Source: an uncultured virus (IMG/VR IMGVR_UViG_3300035183_001077)
Lineage: Duplodnaviria; Heunggongvirae; Uroviricota; Caudoviricetes
DNA: 64,000 nt
Reading direction: 5' to 3' (one strand)
IMG/VR virus record: IMGVR_UViG_3300035183_001077
Of the stretch, positions 16,178-25,809 are shown piece by piece. How positions within the stretch are numbered: position 1 is the first letter of the stretch; every line of letters begins with the position of its first letter. The position numbers were made by a program, and so were the translations under genes. A model generated the notes under the pieces. It did not search any database and was not told the origin of the DNA. It worked only from the letters and a program-made list of their open reading frames with translations.

Positions 16178-17584
16178 ATGACGGATATACCTACTATCAG
16201 TATATCCCTCGGTGAATTAGGAATGGAAAGAGATTATCGCATCTACAATAAATGGCTCGGATCGTCAGAAATTATTGAAGGTAATTATTTATATGGTGCT
16301 GTTTTGTTCTATGATACGAACACTGGGAAAGGCAAATTTGTTATTTCAAAGTACGATTTATTTACAAAACTATTGGTGGCTATAAACGATTTTGATCCTG
16401 CACAAATATTTCCTAAATTAATGTTTGCTGCAGGTTGTGTCATACCAAGACTATTAACTCTAAATTGGCTTGTTTCAACTGATGACGAGTTAAGATTGAT
16501 AATATCAGCTGCATATACAACTTCATATGTAACAAACAACATTTTATGTATAAGTAGTGTTATAAGATTAAAAGCGTCAGACCTTTCCGTGATCGATGCT
16601 TCGGAACGGCAAATTGATATTACACCAAGCAATGGGAAATTCATTAACATGACTCTTGGCAAGACTAGATTAAAACCGGCAAGCTGGTTTAAAGATATTC
16701 GCCTGACAGTCGATAACATCGAATTATATCCGTGTCCTGATCAATTAAAAGCTACTTTCAACCTTACAACACTAAAAGGTCGCACGTTCGTTGGTGGGTA
16801 TAATGAGGAATTAAATGGTACGCCAGTATGGTTTGTTACCGATTGTTGCAACTATTATAGAGCGTGCGCGTATTTATATGCGAGCCCGGAGCTTAAGGGG
16901 TATTACTTTGGTTACAGAAGGGAACAACATAAGGACAGTGGTACAATCAGATTATATACCGTTGAATTTGATAAAGACTCCTCTACAGCCGGATTAAAAT
17001 ATATCGACATTGTTGATACTAGTATTCACTTAGACAGCAACTGGAATAGAAATTATCCACTTATAGATTGCAACAGCATGATTTTCGTAGGAAAATTTTC
17101 TTTCCAAGAATTGATAATACTAACCTTTTTTGATAAAGGTACAATAGTTTATAAAATACCAATAAAATACATTATTGGTGCCGAGACTGATCCTATTACT
17201 GCTTGGCATATCGACCGAATTACCTGGAATTTTTATTATGATTCGTTCAACTATTATATATATTTTGTGTGTTACGACGCTGAAGAATCCTTTGCTGTTT
17301 TAGGGTACATAAAACTTGATCATGACAGCAAAACGGCTAAGGTTTACATTACTAATAAGATAAATACCGGGCAATATAGGCCAGGCCATCAGAAGTTGCT
17401 CGACACATACATATGCCCAGAGTATCTTTATCTTACTCACAGTTATGCCCATAACAATTCGCTTATCTTAACGTTATTTCCTGTACAATGGTTGCACGAT
17501 AATATAGTTAGGAGTGAAACTTTCACAGCAGAAAAATATGAATTTGATAAAAAGAAAACGTATGAAGTGCTGAGGACCGAATGA
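16178..17584 (+). CDS. Tandem paralogue family member 2
   Basis: Same conserved blocks. Confidence 0.85.
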   Translation: MTDIPTISISLGELGMERDYRIYNKWLGSSEIIEGNYLYGAVLFYDTNTGKGKFVISKYDLFTKLLVAINDFDPAQIFPKLMFAAGCVIPRLLTLNWLVSTDDELRLIISAAYTTSYVTNNILCISSVIRLKASDLSVIDASERQIDITPSNGKFINMTLGKTRLKPASWFKDIRLTVDNIELYPCPDQLKATFNLTTLKGRTFVGGYNEELNGTPVWFVTDCCNYYRACAYLYASPELKGYYFGYRREQHKDSGTIRLYTVEFDKDSSTAGLKYIDIVDTSIHLDSNWNRNYPLIDCNSMIFVGKFSFQELIILTFFDKGTIVYKIPIKYIIGAETDPITAWHIDRITWNFYYDSFNYYIYFVCYDAEESFAVLGYIKLDHDSKTAKVYITNKINTGQYRPGHQKLLDTYICPEYLYLTHSYAHNNSLILTLFPVQWLHDNIVRSETFTAEKYEFDKKKTYEVLRTE

Positions 17585-18982
17585 ATGACAGATATAAGCC
17601 CGCCAAAAGTCATTGTATCTCTTGATGAATTGGGAATGGTAAAAAGTTACAGAGATGACAGTATGTTGGACGGGTCAAAAATTGTCAAAGGCAATTACTT
17701 ATATAGTGCCCATCTGTGCTATAACGAGAATACTGATAAAGTAGAGCTTGTTGTTTCAAAATACGATTTATCAGTAAAATTGCTGGTGTCTCTTGCAGTC
17801 ATTGATCTTACACAAAAATATGAATCATTACTTAAATGTTATGAACTAGGCGTAGTGAATGTAAAGTGGCTTACTCCAAGTCCTAATGATAGATTAGAGC
17901 TGATTATTACTTTTGCACGTAGAGGACAAATGTCAAATCCAACGTGTAATTTGTTGTGTGTAACAAAAATTGTAAAATTAAAAGAATCAGATTTTTCTGT
18001 GATTGATATATTAGAACGCCAGATTGATGTTGTACCGAATAAAGGAACGTTCATTAGCATGACCTTTGGTAAGGCCAAGTTAAAACCGGAAAATTGGTTT
18101 ACAGCTATTAGGCTCGCGCCAAGCGATCTGGTGGTGCATCCATCTCTTGACCAATTCCGAGCCACCTTCAATGTTAGAATGTCAAATGGTCGTACATATG
18201 TGGGCGGATTCAATGAAGGAGTTGGTAATCCAGTATGGTTTGCCATAAGTTGTTGTAATTACTTCGACACACGCTTATATGCAAATCTAACGTGCAATAA
18301 CCATTATTTTGGTTGGGGAATGAAGCATTATAAAGGTAACAATATAGGCAGATTGTACGCCGTTGATTTTGGTGAAAGTTTTTCTACTGTTGAATTGAAA
18401 TATACTGATACACGTGATAATAGTGATTTTATACCTTCTAGGTGGCTCAGATGTACGAATTACTCACTTTCATGTCGTCGCAGTATTGTTTGTGAAGAAG
18501 CATGTCCCATTAGCAAACCTACAACAATAATGGTTTTTTCCGACAAAGATGTAGCTGTTTATAAAATACCAACCAAAGATATTGCCGGTGATAATCATGC
18601 TAAAAGTATTTTGTGGAATTTTTACCATGATCCGTCCAACGATTTTATATACTTTGTTTGTTATGAATTCAGTGGACCAAACGCGGTTTTAGGGTATATA
18701 AATTTCGATCATGACAATAAAACAGCTAATGTTTATTATACCAATTTAATAGAAGCAAATGTTAATTATAGTAGTAGGCTAGGATATAAGGCTGTGGTTA
18801 ACAGATACATGTGCCCAGAATATATTTATTTGACAAACGATTTCATACAAGATTCGCGTTGCATAATATTGTTTCCCGTACAATGGTTATATGATAATAT
18901 AGCTGAAAGTAAAACTATTGCAGCAGAAGTATATGAATTCGATAAAAAAGAAGTATATAAAGCTCAGGAAATCCGTGCATAA
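17585..18982 (+). CDS. Tandem paralogue family member 3
   Basis: Same conserved blocks. Confidence 0.85.
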   Translation: MTDISPPKVIVSLDELGMVKSYRDDSMLDGSKIVKGNYLYSAHLCYNENTDKVELVVSKYDLSVKLLVSLAVIDLTQKYESLLKCYELGVVNVKWLTPSPNDRLELIITFARRGQMSNPTCNLLCVTKIVKLKESDFSVIDILERQIDVVPNKGTFISMTFGKAKLKPENWFTAIRLAPSDLVVHPSLDQFRATFNVRMSNGRTYVGGFNEGVGNPVWFAISCCNYFDTRLYANLTCNNHYFGWGMKHYKGNNIGRLYAVDFGESFSTVELKYTDTRDNSDFIPSRWLRCTNYSLSCRRSIVCEEACPISKPTTIMVFSDKDVAVYKIPTKDIAGDNHAKSILWNFYHDPSNDFIYFVCYEFSGPNAVLGYINFDHDNKTANVYYTNLIEANVNYSSRLGYKAVVNRYMCPEYIYLTNDFIQDSRCIILFPVQWLYDNIAESKTIAAEVYEFDKKEVYKAQEIRA

Positions 18983-18984
18983 GC

Positions 18985-20385
18985 ATGAGCAGCAGCAAAA
19001 CTATAACAGATCTACCGCTTGTAGAAGTATCTCTCGATGAATTAGGAGTAATGAAAAGTTGTGATGATTGTAATCGTAAAGAAGAATCAAGAATTATCAA
19101 AGGCAATTATGTATATAACGCTAGTTTTATTTATAATAACAAACATGGTGAGAGTGAGATCATTGTTTCAAAATACGACTTATCAATGAAATTGTTGTTA
19201 GCTGTTACGACTGTTAACCTTACACAAGTATTTGCTAGATTACTGTGCTGTAATGTCCTGTATACGTACCGTCTGGACTGGCTAGTTCCAGATACTGACA
19301 ATGAGTTGTGGCTGATAATACGCGTTCTAGATTATAAAGAACATTTACTTTCGGGCGCAATAAGCATTGTAAAACTAAAAGCATCAGACCTTTCCATAAT
19401 AGACATTTCAGAAAAGCAGGTTGATATTTCTCCAAACAGGGGAAATTTTGTTCCTATGACGTTCGGTAAAGCCAAATTAAAGCCAGAAAAGTGGTTCGAT
19501 AAGATTAAATTGTCATCGAGATATATGATACTGTACCCGTGTCATGATCAATTAATAGCTGTTTTTGATGTTAAGCTTTCAAATGGTCGCACATACGTTG
19601 GCGGTTTTAATGAGGGATCTGGTACTCCAGTATGGTTTGCTATTAATTGCTGTAATTATTTCGATACGTATATACATGCCAGTACGAAGCATAATAATTA
19701 TTATTTTGGCTGGGGAGGGGAAAAACGGTATGGAAGTAATGATACAGTCAGATTATACGCTGTTGAATTTAATGAAGAATTTTCCACAGCAGAATTAAAA
19801 TACCTTGATGCTGGTGATGATCTCACTATTGTCTTATCTCCTTATTGGCAGCGCGATGCTTATGTATTTACGCAGTGTAATAGCTTGATTTACGCTCAAT
19901 CACGTTTCGGTAGAGAGGGAATCGACGTAGTCATGATAACTTTTTGTGATAAAGATATAGTTGCTTATAAAATAACAGTAAAACGTGATATTGTTGATTT
20001 TGATAACAATAATCGAATTTATTGGAATTTTTATCATGATCCGTTTAAAGATTTTATATATTTTATATGTTGTGATCGCCTCGGCGGTTCAGGTATCGTT
20101 TTAGGATATATAAGCTTCGACCACGACAATAAAACGGTTACATTCCATACTACCAATACAATGTATACCAATAGTTCTGCACCCGATTACAGTGGACGGA
20201 TCAGAGCTTTTATGCACCCTGAGTATCTTTATTTCAGATCAGATCTCAAACAAGGTTCATATAATATAGCATTACTTCCTGCACAGTGGCTGCATGATAA
20301 TATAATTAAAAGTACAACAGTTACGGCGGAAAAATATGGATTCGATAAAAAGGAAACATATGAAGCTCAGGAAATCCGTGCATAA
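18985..20385 (+). CDS. Tandem paralogue family member 4
   Basis: Same conserved blocks; highly similar to member 5 at DNA level. Confidence 0.85.
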   Translation: MSSSKTITDLPLVEVSLDELGVMKSCDDCNRKEESRIIKGNYVYNASFIYNNKHGESEIIVSKYDLSMKLLLAVTTVNLTQVFARLLCCNVLYTYRLDWLVPDTDNELWLIIRVLDYKEHLLSGAISIVKLKASDLSIIDISEKQVDISPNRGNFVPMTFGKAKLKPEKWFDKIKLSSRYMILYPCHDQLIAVFDVKLSNGRTYVGGFNEGSGTPVWFAINCCNYFDTYIHASTKHNNYYFGWGGEKRYGSNDTVRLYAVEFNEEFSTAELKYLDAGDDLTIVLSPYWQRDAYVFTQCNSLIYAQSRFGREGIDVVMITFCDKDIVAYKITVKRDIVDFDNNNRIYWNFYHDPFKDFIYFICCDRLGGSGIVLGYISFDHDNKTVTFHTTNTMYTNSSAPDYSGRIRAFMHPEYLYFRSDLKQGSYNIALLPAQWLHDNIIKSTTVTAEKYGFDKKETYEAQEIRA

Positions 20386-20387
20386 GC

Positions 20388-21800
20388 ATGAGCAGCAGCA
20401 AAACTATGACAGATCTACCGCTTGTAGAAGTATCTCTCGATGAATCAGGAGTAGTGAAAGATCGTGATGGTTATTATAATTATCAGAACGAATCGAGAAT
20501 TATCAAAGGCAATTACTTATATAGCGCCAGTTTTGCTTATGATAACAAACATGGTGAGAGTGAGATCATTGTTTCAAAATACGACTTATCAATGAAATTG
20601 TTGTTAGCTGTTACAACCGTTAACCTTACACAAGTATTTGCTAGATTACTGTGCTGTGAGGTTCTGTATTCATACCATCTGAGCTGGTTGGTTCCAGATA
20701 ACAGTGATGAGTTGTGGTTGACAGCACGCATTCTAAATTACAAAACAGATTTAATTTCTGGTGTAGCGATCATCGTAAAATTAAAAGAGTCAGACCTTTC
20801 CGTAATCGACATTCCAGAAAAGCAGGTTGATATTTCTCCAAATAAGGGAAATTTCGTTCCTATGACGTTCGGTAAAGCCAAATTAGAGCCGGAAAAGTGG
20901 TTCGATAAGATTAAATTATCATTGCTAAATATGAGGCTGTACCCGTGGCATGATCAGTTGATAGCTGTTTTTGACGCTAAGCTTCTAAATGGCCGCGTAT
21001 ACGTTGGCGGTTTTAATGATGGATCTGGTACTCCAGTCTGGTTTGCTATTAACTGCTGTAATTATTTCGATATGTATATCCATGCCAGTACGAAAAATAA
21101 TAATTATTATTTTGGCTGGGGAGGAGAAAAGCTGTATGAAAGTAATGATACAGTCAGGTTATACGCTGTTGAATTTAACGAAAACTTTTCCACAGCAGAA
21201 TTAAAATATCTTGATGCTGGTGATGATCTCACTGTTGCCATATCTCCTCAATGGATACGCAGTAATCATGTACTTCCGCAATGCAATAGTTTAATTTGCA
21301 CTCGATCACGTTTTGGTAAAGAAAACGACGCAGTTATGATAACTTTTTGTGATAAAGATATAGTTGCTTATAAAATAAAAATGGAACGTGATATTGTTGA
21401 TTTCGTTAACGGTAATGAAGTTGGTTGGAATTTTTATCATGATCCATTTAAAGGTTTTATATATTTCATATGTCGTGAGTATATCAGCGGTTATCGTTAC
21501 AATAAAGGTGGAAAAAAGCCAGGTTTCGTTTTAGGATATATAAGCTTCGACCACGACAATAAAACGGTTACATTCCATACTACCAATACAATGTATACCG
21601 GTAGTTCTGGACCCGGTTACAATATATTGATTGAATCTTTCATGCATCCTGAGTACCTTTATTTCAGATCAGATCACAAACAAGGTTCACTTAATATAGC
21701 ATTGTTTCCTACACAATGGCTGCATGATAACATAGTTAAAAGTACAACAGTTACGGCGGAAAGATATGAATTCGATAAAAAAAAAAGGTGTATGAAATAA
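20388..21800 (+). CDS. Tandem paralogue family member 5
   Basis: Same conserved blocks. Confidence 0.85.
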   Translation: MSSSKTMTDLPLVEVSLDESGVVKDRDGYYNYQNESRIIKGNYLYSASFAYDNKHGESEIIVSKYDLSMKLLLAVTTVNLTQVFARLLCCEVLYSYHLSWLVPDNSDELWLTARILNYKTDLISGVAIIVKLKESDLSVIDIPEKQVDISPNKGNFVPMTFGKAKLEPEKWFDKIKLSLLNMRLYPWHDQLIAVFDAKLLNGRVYVGGFNDGSGTPVWFAINCCNYFDMYIHASTKNNNYYFGWGGEKLYESNDTVRLYAVEFNENFSTAELKYLDAGDDLTVAISPQWIRSNHVLPQCNSLICTRSRFGKENDAVMITFCDKDIVAYKIKMERDIVDFVNGNEVGWNFYHDPFKGFIYFICREYISGYRYNKGGKKPGFVLGYISFDHDNKTVTFHTTNTMYTGSSGPGYNILIESFMHPEYLYFRSDHKQGSLNIALFPTQWLHDNIVKSTTVTAERYEFDKKKRCMK

Positions 21801-21810
21801 AAGGAACTGC

Positions 21811-23247
21811 ATGACAAAAATAAAAAAGCAGGTAAACTCTGATAATCTTATCAGAATCAATTTTAATGCTGACGCCTATTTTCTTAAACAAGGGTTGAAG
21901 TCTAAATTTACAGAATATTGTATCAATGATAACTACATATACGGTGCTTCCCTAATAGTTGACTCTCAAAAGTCAAAAACGTGTTTTTTGATTTCCAAAT
22001 TTGATATACAATTAGGACTGATTGTTGGGGTAAATGAAATAGATCTTATAACCATTGTTCCGGCTTCTAAAGACATGGTTGATCGTATACTTGCCAGCCA
22101 CACTATCTACGATTTCTATTTGAAGGATGACCACTTAATAATTGATATGCTTTTTGTTTTACCAGAAAATATTTTCAACAGGTATATGTTATCAATTGAT
22201 GTAAACACATTACAACTGGTATCGGTTGATCGCGGGCGTGGAAATCTTGCCGAATGCAATCGTGCAGTCTTACGGTTTACTAGACTTAAAGATAATAAAC
22301 TTAAGATAATTGACGAAACTAAACAAACCAGTTTTGATATATTCAAGAGTATTACCACAGAACAGATTGGCAAACGTTTTATATGGATAAATACGGGTGG
22401 TATTCAAGTGTTCACTAGTGGATATGCAGACAAGCATTATCAATACCTTTATAAGAAAGATCCTGATAACAACAATTATTGCTGGGAACATAATCAGATT
22501 TCATTTATCAGCCATCGGCGTCCATTATTTATTGTACCAGCACAGCTCAATCATGCTGGTATAGGTAAAGCTGAAATTATATATTGCGATCACGATCTTG
22601 GCTGTATGACATTATTCAGGCAGCATGAAAGTATACGTGGAGAAGTATTTTATATTGAGCAAACTCCTGATTTGACGAACGAAATTAAGAAAATGAGCGA
22701 TTATTATTATTCGGCAAGATGTAATATTAAATACTGCTGTGATCACATGGAAAACGAATTTATGTTGTATGGTCAACATGTCTTAAAACATGTTGGACAT
22801 CGCGGCGAGTTGCTCATATATTCATTTGATGCTATTACAGCTGCAAATGATGTATTTCATATTTCGCACGAAGATGAAGACGGTACAATTTATATGTATT
22901 ACGTTTGTAAGTTTGATGGAGGCCGTTCCTATTATATAGGTATACCAGCATTCCTAAAAATCAGGGATTTAAATATAGCATGTTATAAAACTGATTTCTG
23001 CTACTACGTTTGTGATCGCATTAAGACCCCTTACGGCTTATATCACTACCCTATACCTTATGCAAATTGCGATAAGTATAGCAAAAATCTTGTATGTGTG
23101 ATTTATGATAGATCGAGCGATTACCATTTTACTGCCATATCCAAGGAAGAAGTTGAGAAGAGAGTAGTGGAAGTACAGGAACTAAAACCAGTATGTTTTT
23201 CCTGGAAATATTATGGTGATATAAAGATGGAGAAAGTACAGTGTTAG
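21811..23247 (+). CDS. Divergent member of the paralogue family
   Basis: NYIYGASL...FLISKFDI..GLIVGVNEIDL matches the family N-terminal block. Confidence 0.7.
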   Translation: MTKIKKQVNSDNLIRINFNADAYFLKQGLKSKFTEYCINDNYIYGASLIVDSQKSKTCFLISKFDIQLGLIVGVNEIDLITIVPASKDMVDRILASHTIYDFYLKDDHLIIDMLFVLPENIFNRYMLSIDVNTLQLVSVDRGRGNLAECNRAVLRFTRLKDNKLKIIDETKQTSFDIFKSITTEQIGKRFIWINTGGIQVFTSGYADKHYQYLYKKDPDNNNYCWEHNQISFISHRRPLFIVPAQLNHAGIGKAEIIYCDHDLGCMTLFRQHESIRGEVFYIEQTPDLTNEIKKMSDYYYSARCNIKYCCDHMENEFMLYGQHVLKHVGHRGELLIYSFDAITAANDVFHISHEDEDGTIYMYYVCKFDGGRSYYIGIPAFLKIRDLNIACYKTDFCYYVCDRIKTPYGLYHYPIPYANCDKYSKNLVCVIYDRSSDYHFTAISKEEVEKRVVEVQELKPVCFSWKYYGDIKMEKVQC

Positions 23248-24533
23248 TATCACCAACACCAATAGTTATGAAGGATTCCCCTGGTCATTTTCTGTATCCT
23301 AAATTTTGTACCATACATGACGGTAAGTTATTACTTTGTTATGTTACAACAACAAAAGACCCGCTTAGTGCAGGGTCAACACTTTTAGATCCGTCTTGTT
23401 TAATATCAATTATTATTTATGATATCAATTATAAAATACCAGTTATTCTTTATAACGATGAGTTTGGTCATCCTGATTTTTCGGTTTATTGTGAGCATCC
23501 TACCGAAAACGAATATTATTTTTGGAAAGATAAATTTCTAGTTGGAAAACACCTTATTACATATTTGGTTGGGTATTGTCTGGATTTAGAAAAAGGAACA
23601 TTAGGTTGTGTGCAATCACGATGGCCATTTGAACCTGTCAAGCTACCATCATATGTTAATGAATTTAAGATTGCTGGTAAATCAGACCGTTTTCTTATTG
23701 GTTATCAATCAATGTATTGGCAACACGAAAATTATTTTGTATTTATTGATAAAGAGCAGCAGTCAGGTAAAGCTTTTAAATTGCAAGATCATAGCAGTCA
23801 AGCTCATTACTTTTCATTATGCCATTGTATTGTTGATGGTATGAACTCGAAAATTTATTACACGCAATTTGAGTTACCAGAAGTTGTTGCTCGTTCCGGT
23901 ATTCATGCCGGACACGCTAATTGTTTATATATGGATGGGACAATTGAAACGATATGTTCGGTATATACTAAACCAGATAGAAATAAATTAATATTACAAT
24001 GCCCTAAAATAGTAAATGAAAGATTTTTGATTTTCGAGGCTATTGAAGCAAAACTTACTGTTACCAATTATAGTCAACGATATGTTTTTGTAATAGATCT
24101 GCTAAAAAATAAATATGTAATTGTTAAATCCTGGGAATGTTTGCGTTATTTCATAAAGGAAGTGAATAAAGATCAAACGGTTATATATCTATGCCGTGTG
24201 TGGGAAGATGAAAAGAAAAGACCTTATTTTGAACTAATAAAAACAATAAATATATCTGGCGATAACATTATAGTATATACTTCACGACAAGATTTTGAAA
24301 ATACTATTACAGAGGATACGTCATTTTTGTCTCTATATACAGATTTAACCTTAGTAACAAACCAGTTCATTATTTTATTCCCAGCAAGAGAGGACTATTT
24401 TGGTTTTTCTTCTCCAACTATTTCAGCCATTTTTATCCCAATTAATGAACTGGAACTTCCAGATATACCGGATAACATAGTCGTTGATTATCTTCCTGCT
24501 AACAGAAATATTACGATACCGGATAACCTGTAA
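23241..24533 (+). CDS. Hypothetical beta-rich protein, possible distant family member
   Basis: 430-aa ORF, GTG start with GGAG RBS. Confidence 0.65.
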   Translation: MLVSPTPIVMKDSPGHFLYPKFCTIHDGKLLLCYVTTTKDPLSAGSTLLDPSCLISIIIYDINYKIPVILYNDEFGHPDFSVYCEHPTENEYYFWKDKFLVGKHLITYLVGYCLDLEKGTLGCVQSRWPFEPVKLPSYVNEFKIAGKSDRFLIGYQSMYWQHENYFVFIDKEQQSGKAFKLQDHSSQAHYFSLCHCIVDGMNSKIYYTQFELPEVVARSGIHAGHANCLYMDGTIETICSVYTKPDRNKLILQCPKIVNERFLIFEAIEAKLTVTNYSQRYVFVIDLLKNKYVIVKSWECLRYFIKEVNKDQTVIYLCRVWEDEKKRPYFELIKTINISGDNIIVYTSRQDFENTITEDTSFLSLYTDLTLVTNQFIILFPAREDYFGFSSPTISAIFIPINELELPDIPDNIVVDYLPANRNITIPDNL

Positions 24534-24547
24534 TAAAAGGAGACCCG

Positions 24548-25801
24548 ATGTGGCCAGAAAAACTGCGTCTGGCTAAGGCATTTTTGCTTTCTCATCCAGT
24601 TTTTAGCTGTTTTGCTCCAGCTTTTTGTAATTTAATTCCTATAGAAACCGATGATTGTCCCACTTTAAGCACTGATAGGTATGGAAGATTGTATTACAGT
24701 AAAGAATATATCGAGTCTAAGAGTGTTCCTCATCTGGCCATAGATTTGCTGCATGAAATTGGTCATTTGCTTGGAATGCATTTTGACAGGTTGGCAAAGT
24801 ATAATGAATATAAAATAAAGTATCTTACTCCTGAAGGTGAAGAAGTAACCTGGGCTACTGTTGCCAATGTTGGAGGAGATATTGAAATCAATAATAGAAT
24901 TATGGAAAGTATTTCTCATGATAATATGTTTTCTAAGTTTCCAGATGTTTTAGAAGAAGTTGATAAAACTTTCGTTAAGTCAGATATTTTCAAATTCCCC
25001 AAAGGACAAACAGCTGAGGAATACTGCCAATTATTAGTTAAGAAAATTAAAGAAAAGCCAGCCAGGTGTGTCTGCTGTTGCGGTGGTTCGGCAGCAACGG
25101 GTAAAAAACAGGAGTGGGAACTTAATGAAAAATCGTCTGTTCCAAAGTTATCCGAGCAGGATATTGAAGCAATAAAAAAGCAGATTTCTAACAATTTGTC
25201 AAAAACCAAAGGTTATTTGACTGGAAAGTGGAAAATCTGGCTGGAGGAGACGATGGAGAAAACCACGGCGAAAGAATATCTGGATTCTATACGCCGTCTA
25301 GTCCGAACAAAAATTTACAGCTGTGCTCGTCATCATCACGATATAACTTATATTCGTCCTAACCGAAGGTTTTCCCGTTCTGACGTTATTTATCCAAGCA
25401 GTATAGATTATACACCCGAAGTTTTAGTTATTGTAGATACTAGCGGAAGTATGGCCGACAAAGAAACTGGTAAACTTGTTAAAGGCGAACTTGACAAAAT
25501 TACACAAACTTTTAAGCCAGTAAATTTGATAGTCGTAGATTCTCAGGTAAAGAAAGTTTATAGAAACTTATATAAAATTTCGGGTGTTGAATTTATTGGT
25601 GGCGGCGGATCTTCACTGGTAGAAGCATTCAGTGAAGCAGAAAAAATACCTCATGATGTAGTAATTGTAGTATCAGATTGCGAAACAGATTGGCCAGAAT
25701 ATTATTACAAACCTGTTATTGTGTTGCTACCTAATGGCAAAAGTAAGAACGCTGTTATTCCGGAATGGGTGGAAGCGTATTATATATTAAATTATGAATG
25801 A
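24548..25801 (+). CDS. DUF2201-type metallopeptidase-VWA domain protein
   Basis: TLSTD, LLHEIGH (HExxH), RPNRR, VDTSGSM MIDAS motif, GGGGS, SDCE. Confidence 0.85.
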   Translation: MWPEKLRLAKAFLLSHPVFSCFAPAFCNLIPIETDDCPTLSTDRYGRLYYSKEYIESKSVPHLAIDLLHEIGHLLGMHFDRLAKYNEYKIKYLTPEGEEVTWATVANVGGDIEINNRIMESISHDNMFSKFPDVLEEVDKTFVKSDIFKFPKGQTAEEYCQLLVKKIKEKPARCVCCCGGSAATGKKQEWELNEKSSVPKLSEQDIEAIKKQISNNLSKTKGYLTGKWKIWLEETMEKTTAKEYLDSIRRLVRTKIYSCARHHHDITYIRPNRRFSRSDVIYPSSIDYTPEVLVIVDTSGSMADKETGKLVKGELDKITQTFKPVNLIVVDSQVKKVYRNLYKISGVEFIGGGGSSLVEAFSEAEKIPHDVVIVVSDCETDWPEYYYKPVIVLLPNGKSKNAVIPEWVEAYYILNYE

Positions 25802-25809
25802 TACTAAAT

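Noticed and set aside
14789..21800. Diversity-generating retroelement behind the paralogue variation
   Set aside because: No reverse transcriptase or template repeat in the window; differences are spread over whole genes and not obviously adenine-restricted.
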